From: Vitrella brassicaformis CCMP3155
Taxonomy: Eukaryota > Protista > Chromerida
Assembly: GCA_001179505.1 (NCBI GenBank)
Contig: CDMY01000317.1
Span: forward strand, 60,089 to 124,088
Reading direction: 5' to 3'
Length of the DNA stretch: 64,000 nucleotides
Made by a program: the position numbers and the translations under genes. Below, one piece after another: positions 41,601 through 53,048 of the stretch; position 1 is the stretch's first letter, and each line of letters begins with the position of its first letter. Under the pieces are notes generated by a model. The model was not told the origin of the DNA. It made no database searches and saw only the letters and a list, made by a program, of their open reading frames with translations.

Positions 41601-41867
41601 TGCGGTGCGTTCCTTCCTCCCTCACCGATGAGCAGTCTCATTTTCTGTGCCGGATGCGCACGCGACACCTGCTTCCATCCTGGCGGGGCTGACGTACGAC
41701 GATACACTACGACCTGCACACACCAACCAGCCAGCAGAGCGAATGCACACGGATCTTGCTTCCCTGTGTCGTTCGTGCAGTTGCGCGACCTGATCAATGA
41801 CGGGATTCGCCAAGTTGCCAGCCAGCGTGCAGAGCACCGTCAGGACGGACAGCGCGGCACCCGACAT
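38688..41867 (-). CDS. Sedolisin / tripeptidyl-peptidase-I-like serine peptidase (S53) with signal peptide and prodomain
   Basis: Signal peptide MSGAALSVLTVLCTLAG; prodomain (IGLKQRNLDWL..VSDPQSPNY); catalytic motifs IEATLDVQWI, VVSISWG, IVSSGDSGA, FPGASPAVTSVGAT, GRGYPDISA and GGTSASAP; Ca-site GWDPVTGLGTPN. Confidence 0.95.
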
Positions 41868-42134
41868 GATGGTTGAGAGAAGTGAGCGCTACAGGGCTTT
41901 GGGGTAGGCGTGAAACGTTCCCAGCGAGGCCAAAGAAAAACAGTACGCTTCTCGTGTAGAGGGTACTGGAGGTCCCTCTCACCGCCTACAGTAGTCGGCA
42001 GGCGGTGCATGAGCAAATCCTTGCAATGCGGCTTTGGCGGTGTGCCATTTCTCTCGTCATTGCAGTCACAGCATCGTGGCCTCTTCCTTTGCAAAGACGT
42101 AGGACAGGCGAACGACTCTCTTTGATGCTGTGGC

Positions 42135-45100
42135 ATGCCTCTTTCCCCCGTTCTTCTTTCAGTGTTGTTCGTAGCAGAAGCAACCAGCAGCCAGACGAGC
42201 ACGACAACGGACAGCCCGCCGGTGCTGTGGAGCCCCCTGGACCAGGCGACGTTTTGTCCGGATGGGTACGCCTACCGGGAGCACTCATGCAGTTGTTACC
42301 GGCTGCAGGCATCCCCACACAAGTCCTTCGCAGATGCAAAGGCGGTGTGTGACAACGATGGGGAGCCTGGTCAGCGCGCCCATCTGGTGAGAAGGGACTA
42401 GAAGAGAGAATGGGGATGGGTGTCAATAAAGTACATACTGTCTTGTGCAGGTGACAGTGAGCGATCCTTCCGAGTCTGTGTGGCTGCATCGATTCATACG
42501 CCGGCAGCTGTCGTCTCCAGAATTCATCTACATCGATTACATGCGGGTAAAGAGCAGCAGCTCACACATCTTCACTCCAGGTCTTCACTGCAACGCCACT
42601 CATCCTCCCTGTGTGTTGTTGCTTCGCGATCTCATCTCGCGAAGACTGAGGATGGCGACTTTGCTTCACCCGCCTCTCCTGACTTCGGAGGGAGCGAGAA
42701 AGGTCCAAGATGCAACGACGAACAACCATGTCTCCACGTCTTTTTTCGAATTTTGCGTTGCAGACCGCGAGGGTGTGCCGACGCCAGGCAGCTGGACACA
42801 TGGAAAGGAGTACCACCAAAACAACGTTTACGAGGCTGAGTGGTTGCCATACCATCCGCTGGGTAGCAGCGAGTATGACTGTGCCGCTGTTTACTTCGAA
42901 CCTGAAGGAGGCTATATTAGCGATCGGCTTTCTTTGGTCAGTCACGTCTGCGAAGAATCTGAGGCTTTCATCTGCGAAGTGGAGCCGTCACCGGAGGGTT
43001 CGTGCGGTAAGTAGACATGAACGAAAATGACAAAAACGTCCATCATGTTCCTTGCAGCCCCTGCGCCGGCGGTCTCACTCACGGTGCCGAATGTGAACGA
43101 TTATGGCTCACCCGGGCCGTTCGACGTTGTCGTGCGCTTCTCGGCTCCAGTGCATGAGGGCCGCCCCGAGCGTCTGGTGGTGTTGGGGACGACAGCCGTC
43201 AACGTGAGTGTCCACGACTGGGATCAGGACAATCTTACTGCCATCGTTACGATTCATCCGACACCAGCCGCGGGGCTGTTTACTCTAATGCCGCTTCTTG
43301 GCCTGGCACGTGCGCAGTACGATGGACATCCAAGTCTTCCCTCTTTGCCTCTTGTCATTCATCGTGGATGCCGCCTCGATCGAGAAGAGTGGTCCACACA
43401 ACCTACTGTGGCTCATTTCCCATCGATTATGGCGCCGACGGATTGTCTGCTGCAGTGCCACCAGACGCCCACGTGCACGCATTTTACGCTGCACAGCGAT
43501 TTAAATAAGGGCAAGAGTGGCAATGGCTGCTTTCTTCACTCTGCGGTTGTGTTGACCAAAGAGCACGGTAGGCTATCGACACACAAAACGAAGGGCAGAC
43601 AGAGGAGCTGGAAAACCAATCTGCCTCTTCTCAGAGCCCTTCAGTGCCGTCTCGGAGACGATATCCTGCGGTCCGATTGCTGGTGAGCGACCTGGTACGA
43701 ACAGGTGACAGGCAAATGCTGACTATTGTCTTGTGAAGATGTCTCTCCTCCTCGAGCATTCATCGACGAGACGGCACTTGTCTTCACGAGTCTGCATCAC
43801 TCGTTTTACGTCTTCTTCGACGAATGGGTGCGATCGACAGATGACCTCAAGGACTACATCAGCATCACAGCAAACAGTACAACACCAACTGATGTCGACT
43901 ATGACGTCACTGCCGCCAGCCCCATGGCACTTACGGCAATGAAGGCGCTTCGTGTTGACATGTGGCTGGAGGACTCGACAGCACTCGGCACCTGCTTCGT
44001 CATGCGGATTGGAGCGCAAGTGTCTCATCCTATCCTGGACTTTGCCAACAATGAACTTTTTGTGGCTAATCGGACGGCCAATATCACGATGCGATATGGT
44101 ACAAGACCCAGGAACAATGGACAAGCGCATGAAGCTAAACACCACCTGTTTCTTGGTTTCTTGGTTTGTTGATTCGTCCGAGACAGCATCCAGTAGCTCA
44201 TCAACCACACCGAGTAGTCCCCCTTTTGTTCCAATCAGTAGCCCAAGTAGCACTCAAGCCACTACAAGTAGCCCACCCTCTACTACAACTGGCCCTTCAA
44301 GTAGTTCCTCGAGCCCTCTCAGCACGAGCGCTTCATCGGGCTCCTCACCCAGCGAGACGTCAGTTCTCCCTTCAACGACAAGCGCCGCACCACCAGTGAC
44401 GACGACGTCTACTCCTGCCCCAGAAGCGGCGATCGATGCGAGTCTTGTACTGGATGAAGATCCTTCTTTCTTGACGGTATGCGATGATATGCATCTCGCT
44501 GCCAGAGAGACTGTGTTGACGTCTTTTCAGGATCCGACTCGAAACACAACACGTCCTTTGCTGGATGCAGCATCTATCCTCTTCTCCACTACCCCAGCGA
44601 CGGAAGGGCAGCTGACTCTGAAGCGGCACATCGAGGAAGTTTCAGCGTGTGCCCTTCTCGGAGGTGCAATCGAGGCTGATGCATTGCCGCAGTCGCTTCC
44701 CGCTGAAAGCATGAAATCAAATGAGTCGATTCACTTGCTGAAACCACGTAAAGAGCTTTTATGGATGGTTGCAGGCATCTTTGACCAAGTAAGAGTACAA
44801 AAAGATAAGCAAGATATGTTGAGACACGCTGTTTGTCCCTGCAGTTGGCCCAACAGCGTCTGGCTTCAAACAAGTCATCGCCCTCTACTCTGCAGGAGAC
44901 AGCTTTGCTCACGGCAACCCTCCGAACGATACGGAAGGCGAAGGCGGCAGAGATGAAGCCGAACAACACAGCTCTCAGCCCTGTGTCCTTCCTCTTAACA
45001 TACGGGAACATTATGGCTCTCACACGGACTATCGATCCTGCGAATATCAACCGGTGGCTTGTGGCGAATCGTGGAGAGGATGACTTGTCGTTTGAAATTA

Positions 45101-48100
45101 GTGCTGATGCTACTGAGAAAAATATTCAGCGACTCAGAGGCGCAGCGAGAGACATCATTGCAGTCGCGGGTGAGCTGTCGAGAGTTCTGAGCGAGAAAGC
45201 AGCTGGCGAGAAAAAACCTCAAAGAAGCCTGGAAAGGGACGATGGCCACTATGGCTTACTTGTATCGTCTACCGGCCAGCTTGCTGATTTGCTTATGAGT
45301 GTGGGAGGCTCGTCCATTGGCATGCAATTCAATGCCTCTGCTCCTCGCTGCAGCTTTGTCTTCAATGCCGTATCTGCGGAATCGCTCGCAGCTGATGGCG
45401 TGTCTCTCGATCTCCCAGCAGAGGAAGTGGCTCTGACTATGACGCCGCAGAATACATCGCTGTCGATCCGCAGCTTACAGACGGAGAGCCTGTGTGATAG
45501 CCACGTGGCCGCTCACCTCATTTGGTGGGACAAGGGGATATACCGCAGGGACCACGAATGCTCTTTGGCATTATCGAGACACATGAATGGATCCCCAGTC
45601 TTATGTCCTGTGGGTGGGACACTGACAGCGGAGGTAAAAGCGTGTGCGAGACGTGTTCTCTACTCACGTCAATCTGCTTTTTCCAGGTCCAAGCTTGCAT
45701 GAACACAAAAGCTTACGTAGACGACGCTGTGATCGAGTTTTCTGTTCCATTGCGGAAGAACGCAACTGCGGACAACCGGCTGACGTGTGGCTTCTGGGAT
45801 GAAACGAATCTCACATGGTCGACTCAAGGTGAGCGCTTCGTCTCAGTGCATTACTTATCATGTGAGTCGTGTCCTTGGCTATGCCTTCACGATTAGGCTG
45901 TCACATGGTGTCTCATAATGCGTCATCGGTGATGTGCAGCTGCACCCATCTATCGAGCTTCTCAGTCCTCGCCAAGGACAACAGCGCACAACAAGTGCTG
46001 ACCTCGCGACCACGTGGTTTCCTTTCAGAGCAATCGTGGGCGCGCAATACGGAAAATCACTTCCTATGGCTGGTGGTCTCTATCCTTCTCACCTGCCTGC
46101 TGTGCGCTGCACGCTTCGACTCGAGACACAAAATCACCGACGCTGACCTCCTCGACATATGGCTCACTGACCCTCTCCTCGACGCGAAGAACAGACAGAG
46201 AGTGGGTGACAGAAACAACATTACGACTCATCACTTGCTGTTTCTGACTTGTTAGATGTTCCGTGATGTGAGTCGGCCTCGCTGGCTGAGCAAGTGGATC
46301 GTAGACCTGCCGCCGTGCCGGTTCTGCCATCGGTGCATCCACCGAAAGCCCACCTTGCATCTGCTCGAACTTCGAGTGATACGGCGTGTCCGTCATCAGC
46401 TGGCCCGTGGTGTGGATCTTGGAATCGACATGCGGGCTATCGACTTGCCAGAAAGAAAAGCCGGAGGAGAGGACCTGAGAAGAATAGGAACGAGGTGTGA
46501 GACACTCTGACACAAAGGCATTATTGCACACTCATGGTCCCTCTTCAGGTCCTCATTCTTTCCCCGCCGCCAGTCGCCGGCTGTCGACATTGTGCGAACT
46601 GCCGTCCCGTCCTTACAAGCTTTACAGCACCTTCCAAGAGTACATTCGCAACGAGTGTGGCCCACATCGACGCGCCAGCATTCTGACTGCTGGTGGACCT
46701 GAGACAGCGGACACACAATACCCGAGGACAGAAGATAACAGCGAGAAGAGAGACAAACGGCGACCAAAAAGGCCCCGCAAACGGAAGAGCGTGCGCATCA
46801 CGAGCCCCAGCGTGTCGAGAAACCGCTTCGAGGGCCTCACGGACGAACGAGAAAATCGGCCTGCAGTGACGCCCATGTCAGAGGCGACAACCCGGACGGG
46901 CATGGGGATGATCGACATGCAGAGCAATGCCCGTTCGTCCTGTCTCAGCTCGATCGCACCATCAGCAAGGCCCGAAGAGACGCGAGACCTGGAAACTGAC
47001 AATACAGACGGCCCGTGGACTGATGAAGAAGGGGAAAAGAAAAGGAAGCGGCGGCTGTCTGGACGGCATCGCCTTCCACCCCTGCCAGAGCCATTGACGG
47101 CAAGGTCCGACCGGTCTCTTCCGCCTCGATCGCTGAGTGACCTCTTCATTGACGGACAGGCAGGAAATACGAGCGAAGAGGACTCTGAAAGCGAAGAAAC
47201 GGCAGCTCAGCATATGACTGGGACTCTTCCTGCGCGCATACGACTGGGCATTCGTCAATCTCTGGACAAACTTCGAAATGTCAGCATTGTGGAGCCGTTG
47301 CAGCGCTATTCCATCGTCAGCAGCGTGGATGACATGGAAGAGGCGGAAAGCAAGCGCGTGAGAGCCAACTACGTCTACGACAGGTCACGAGTTACTGTCC
47401 TGCCAACACAAGAGCACCTCACGCTTAACCCCTCGGCTTCAACTGCAACCATCCAACGAGGGTGCTGTGGGGGCAGGGCCTTTGTCAATCTCGTCTCAAC
47501 TGGCGTACTTCGAAAGGCACTGGAGACACAGGTCAAAGACGAGCTGAGAAGACAGCAAGCCGCCGCTTTTATTATTCAACGTTGTTGGCGTCGCACCGTC
47601 CGGTGTCGCCGAGCTCCTCCTGCAGTCCCTGTCGCCCATCGGCCCAGGAGAACGCTGGCGATAGTACAGCCTTCTCTAGCTCCTCAGCCCCAGTCCCCCA
47701 CCAGCAAGCCTTCGAGAAGGGAATCAGAGAAGCGAACAAGTTTCCCTGAACTGATTTCGAGCATTACCAGCCTCTTTGAACGAAGAATCTCGATTGAGCG
47801 TGGACGGGGTCACGATGGTTGGCGAGGCTTAATGGCTTTAAATCCTTTCAAGTCGGGGAGCGGCGGCGGGCTGCACAAGTCAAAGAACTCTGACGCAAAC
47901 ATGACGGATGACTCTGTGGAGGGAGAGACGACTCAACCCACTCCTTTCGAGCAAAGCCAATCGAAACGCCCGAGTAAGCTTCTATTGATAGCAACAAGAA
48001 GGAGGAATGAGGGTGATGCGTGTTTTCTCGTCAGGGCAGGTGTCTCGTGGGGAGCAGTCGGATGACGCTCTTCGCCCCGTCGCTGGCGACCCATCCAGCG

Positions 48101-49425
48101 GCCCACATCGGTTCTCCCTCGTCGAATCACTTCGACCTACAAGTGGTGTGGACCTGTCCTCCGTGTCCCACGAGATGCAACCAGAGAAAGGCGAGCCACT
48201 GCCCGCACGGAAGAGCTTCTCGAAAACGGAAAGGGAACCGCACACACCGGCCCACTCTGCATCGGCGGCCATGTCTCAGCTCCCCCTTCTGCCTTCAAGC
48301 GAGTTCCCTGCCGCGATTGCCCATGAGATCGACCTGATTGTCAACCGCACTGTAAGACGGCTCCAGTATGTCGAATGGTCGGGCTGGAAGCTGCTCCGCG
48401 AGGTGCTCAAGCGCGATCACCCAGTATTTCGGCTCTTCATCGTTTCTCCCGTGCACACCTCCGTGCAAAGATGCCTCATCTTCTCGTCGCACTACCTCGG
48501 CACTCTAACCGCTGCAGCGCTCTTTTTTCGGACAGACAGCTGCGAAGGTCATGGCAAATCGCTGGAGCGCGAGGAACTTATAACACTTCATCTGCCCGGG
48601 GGTGCAACATGGCGTCTTCTGGCCCGTTCTCTTGTCGTCCTTCCTTCCGTCCTTCTGCTCTCGATGCCCATCCCCTATGTGCTCCACCATCTGTTCAAGA
48701 AGGGGATTCCCACAGTAAAACCGACAACGCAGCCCGCGAGAGAGCAAGACAGCAGCAAGGACCACCAGGCGAGTGAGGAAGCATCCACGACAGCAACAGG
48801 GCGCCGCAGCTCCCTCCTCGCCACTCTCCAAGATATGGCGGGCTATGCATTTGGGTGGCAACAGGCCAGCGCAGCTAGTAGGAGCACATATCAGAGCGCC
48901 GGGCGCGGGAGTGTACTTAGCTCTGGGAGCAGTAATCGCCGCAGCACGGCCGTGAGTGACGTCATCGGTTGGCATGCAGGTATGTTCCCCTTTGAAGCCA
49001 AGCTCAGAAAACTCGCCGTGTGGCGGCGCAGAGACATGGCGGGATACGTTTTGGCCGCGACCTTCTGCTCTCTCTGTTTGTACTATCTTGTTTTGTTTGT
49101 CTTCTCCATGGAGAATGATCATCGTGACTTCGTAAATGCGTGCATTATCGAGTCCATCAGTGAGGTAATCGTGTGGCCTCTTCTGAAGTTCTTTGCTGTC
49201 TTCACGGTCTTGTTTTCTGTCATCCGTTCTCCTGCGCTTGATGGCTTCATCTGTGTGTTTCCTCGCCTTTTGGACTTCTCTTGGTGTGCTGACCATGGCA
49301 ATAGCTCGTCGGCCAGCGAGTTGGCAATTCAGCTGCACTGTGTGGCTGACACTGATGTGGTTGCGTGGGGTGTTATGAGCTATGCTGCCGTTCGCGTGGT
49401 GGAACACAACAGGAAGAGAGAATAG
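42135..49425 (+). CDS. Giant multi-pass receptor-like protein: signal peptide, C-type lectin, Ig-like, PAN/apple, S/T stalk, GAIN/GPS, TM, IQ-like cytoplasmic region, further TMs (polycystin-1/REJ-like architecture)
   Basis: CPDGY..SCYRL..SFADAKAVC..C..FICE (CTL); DCLLQCHQTPTCTHFTL..GCFLH (PAN); LTCGFWDETNLTWSTQGCHMVSHNASSVMCSCTHLSSFSV (GPS); hydrophobic segments near 46060, 48460, 48630, 49050 and 49170; AAAFIIQRCWRR (IQ-like). Confidence 0.8.
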
Positions 49426-49529
49426 AGATTCGGTCAGCAGACAGCAGACAGTCATTCTTGTCATGTTCATATTCAGGTGATCCACGAACACTGCTCAAAA
49501 ACCCTTCTCATGCAATTGACGTACGTGTC

Positions 49530-50125
49530 TCACGACTGAGTGATGGGGTTGGGTTTCGACTCGTCCAAAAAGATGCGGATCATCAGGAAATAGTACGGTT
49601 TCTTGCCGTCGTGGGTCATCCATGCGTGCGTGTCTGATGGATCGATCAGAGAGACAAGGTACACATCTACAGCCTGAGACATTCCTTCATGACGTTTCCT
49701 CACCGGCATAGAAGCCATGTTTTTGCAGCAGCTCGTTGGCCTGGGGCAGCCATTCTCTGTCCAGCTCGTATTTGGCCGTGTGGACGTCTGGGCACCCTGG
49801 CCCCCCGCAGTCGCACACCGTTTCCACGCCGTCGACCACTTTATTGGCTTCTGGTAGGAGTTCCTTCTCGAATCGTTGCCCCACCGGTCCCCAGGAGGGA
49901 TGCCTCACGCGATATGCTCGGTAGCAGCAACGGTGGACGTGGAACCTGGACACAAAGAGGAGAATGAAAGAACACACACCCAAGTCGTAGGCCGTCAAAC
50001 TCTCGGCGTCTCTGTCGGGGAAAATTCTCTTGTATACCTGTCATGGCAGCAGCATTTGGGGTTGGTGCCCATTGCACCTCCCAGCCACGTATCACAGCAG
50101 GGGTGGTCATAGATCTGCATCGGAT

Positions 50126-50176
<51 letters not shown>

Positions 50177-50303
50177 CCCTTCCCCTTGACCGGCTGGCAG
50201 CTGACCAACGTTGACTTACGTATACGCCTGCATGTGGCCCTTTGGGGCTCAACGGAAGGCAGCCAGGACCGCCGCCGCACGTGCAGCCGTTCGTACAACC
50301 CAT
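49530..50303 (-). CDS. Small Cys-rich hypothetical protein (~162 aa, 4 exons) with MGC N-terminus
   Basis: Exons 50303-50220, 50114-50089, 49945-49704 and 49666-49530 join in frame via GT-AG introns. Two CxCGG(G)PGC motifs. Confidence 0.6.
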
Positions 50304-50521
50304 AGAACACCGTCACACACGTTCTCGAAGAACAGCCGAACGGGAGATTCGCTGAAAGGGAAAAGTGGGTGACCCACAAGAGCGGACGAGGCAGCTTTTG
50401 ACTGCGAACCGTTTGTTGACCGTTGAAACTTGCCAATGAGCTCGCAAGGATGCTGCGCCGGTGTGGATGGCGGAAGGTGTGGACACGTGTGTTCGTCTTT
50501 GGTTTGGAATAAGGGCACGAG

Positions 50522-52594
50522 ATGGCGACTCTTTCCTCCATCCAAACGCAATCTGATCCCCTCTTCTCATCCCCTCCGCAAGCAGCCGCCGCCTCCGTCA
50601 ACAGGCACTCATCGCTCCCCTCCCTCTCCCCCTCCCGCAGACCCCCACAAGCACCTCCCCTCGCCTCCCGAAAGACCAGGGCCCTCCACAGCCAGGCGCA
50701 CCCGTTGGCCCTGCTGGAAGATGCCCGCTCTGGCTTCCTGGGCAAGCTTGAGACCGGCTCGAGGGACTTCAGGGCGCTCGATGCCGCTGTGCACCCTATG
50801 GTTCGTGCTTGCGGCCTCTGGTAATGGTTTCATGATGTGTTTGCTTTGTTTGGTTGATGCAGGTGAATGAGCCCCAGCGGGCGCAGACACCGTGGAACTA
50901 CAACAACCCCTTCAGACGGTCTGAGCTGGAGAAGAGGGTGGAGGGGCCGAGAGCTGCCACCAAGTCAGTGTCGCCACCAAAGTCACCAGATGGACAGACG
51001 CCGTACATCAGGAGGATAAGAAAGTACTGCGACGGGAGAAAGAGGAACGAGACGAAGCATATTCATGTTTGCTGTGGCTGTCAGGAGGGCGCAGGATCGT
51101 TTCCATGGCGGTCTCCGCAGCGCCAGGAATCAGCTGGCTGACCTGAAGATGCTCGCAGAGACAGCCAAGAGGTGCGAACTAGGCAGAAGTGATGCGGTTT
51201 TGATGGATTTGTGTGTGTCTCAGGGGGGGAAGGCTGGAGGCGGCAGGGCAGGCGTATTACAAGATGGGAGTGGTCCTCGACAATGAGGGCAGCTACGACC
51301 AGGCCATCAACAGCTATACCGACTTCCTCAATGTGGCCACTGCTGAGGGGGACAAACAGGCTCAGGCGCTTGCACACAACTGGTGGGCAGAACTGGTGGG
51401 CAGAAAAGGCGCACGGGGGAGATGCGATGCGTGTCATTGTTGGCTTATGTTGCCACACACGCAGCCTGGGCATTTGCTACTATCGCATGGGTGACTACGA
51501 CAACGCCATAACGCACTATAACAAGCACCTGCAGCTTGCAGACGACCCCGGCAAGTTCATCGCCCACTCAAACCTGGGCATCGTCTTCCAGAACATGGGT
51601 ACAGGGGTCAGACAGACAGATGGACAGACACACCCATGTCTCACCCACCCGCTCCTCGGGCATGGATGTGGGCGTGCTCATCAGGTCTTGCTGAGCACGC
51701 GGCCATCCACCACCAGCATGCGATAGAGTATGCGCACAGGCTGCAGAGCAAGACTGCGCAGGCTGTGGCTGTGGGCAACCTTGGCCTTTCCTCATTCACA
51801 CAAGGGTAGGTGGACTGGACTGGCCAGTGCAAACAACAAAGAAAACAACCAGCCAGCCAGCCAGCCAGCGCATGCTCTTCCCCTGTTCTTCCTTTCTCAT
51901 GCAGTGACTACAACACGTCCCGTGTGTGTCTCCAGTATCACCTCAAGAGCACCGGTGCCCCCCAGCAGCCACTCGTGACGGCTCTCATGCCCTACAGGCC
52001 GATCAGGACCCTCTCCCCCCCACCAACCGTCGCACCTCCCAACCCAAAACATCAGACGCAAAGTAAGTAGCGGGAGGATCGATAATGTCTCTTTGACGGC
52101 TGTGTCTTCCATTCATTTCGTGTTCATTCATCCAGTGGCGGCTCACACTCAGCTGGGGAGGGTGCTGTGTCAGGAGGGGAAGCTGGAATCCGCTGCTGAT
52201 CACTTCCACAGGTAAAAAAGAGAGGGCTCCTCAGACACATTTCTGCTCATGGGGGTTTTATGATGGTGTGTGGTGCAGGGCCCTTGAGCTGGGGAAAGAG
52301 GTCAAAGACAAGGAAGCGGTGCACGAGATCAAGTCATCCATCGGTACAAGATATAAAGCGGGATTGTCTCGTCACTGGTTGTCCGTCGGTTGCCCTGTAT
52401 GTCACCTAGGTGTGGTGTTGGGCAGGGTGAACTTCGATGAGTATCGACAGCGGCTTCTCTCCCAAGTTTTGGACCTCAAGGAAGGTGGGTGCAGGCGGCA
52501 AGGCGGCGTGCTCATGTACGCACGGATGTGTGTGTATGCAGACCGGCGGAACTCACATGGGAACGATAGACGGCTGCCTGCGCTCATGCTGTGA
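50522..52594 (+). CDS. Tetratricopeptide-repeat protein (5' structure uncertain)
   Basis: TPR helices AYYKMGVVLDNEGSYDQAINSYTDFL, SLGICYYRMGDYDNAITHYNKHL, AHSNLGIVFQNMG, AVGNLGL and GKLESAADHFHRALEL. Confidence 0.85.
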
Positions 52595-53048
52595 GGTGTG
52601 TGTATGTACCGGTACCTATGCGTTGTGGGTGAGGGTCACTTGCTATGCTTGCTATCTTGCTGGATTACACATCTTTGCGCTGCGCTCTCTTGCTGCGCTG
52701 CCACACTGACTGACTTGCTTCTATTCTACACACATACCAGCATGCAGCTGTCTGTACATCACCCAGTCGGCCGACGTCTGGTACACCTGTGTACGTCATT
52801 CATCCAAACACACACTTCTGACTGTCACACTCTGACTGTCTCGGTAACCACACACGCGTCGACACTGCAAACCAGAAGTAGGACTTTTGTTTCACAGAGG
52901 AATCGCATCCCCAGCTGTGCCAGCACGACCAGAACACGAAGCAATCTAGCTGTGCCAGAATACGATACACCACTGGCGATTTGATGGGGATTCGGAAACA
53001 CACGCACACACACCATATCGTGATTGTCTGCCCGGCGCTCCCAGTCAC

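Noticed and set aside
47970-48065. Apparent frameshift between ORFs 46497-48065 and 48007-49425
   Set aside because: Explained by a ~60-nt GT-AG intron (CCGA|GTAAGC...CGTCAG|GGCAG).
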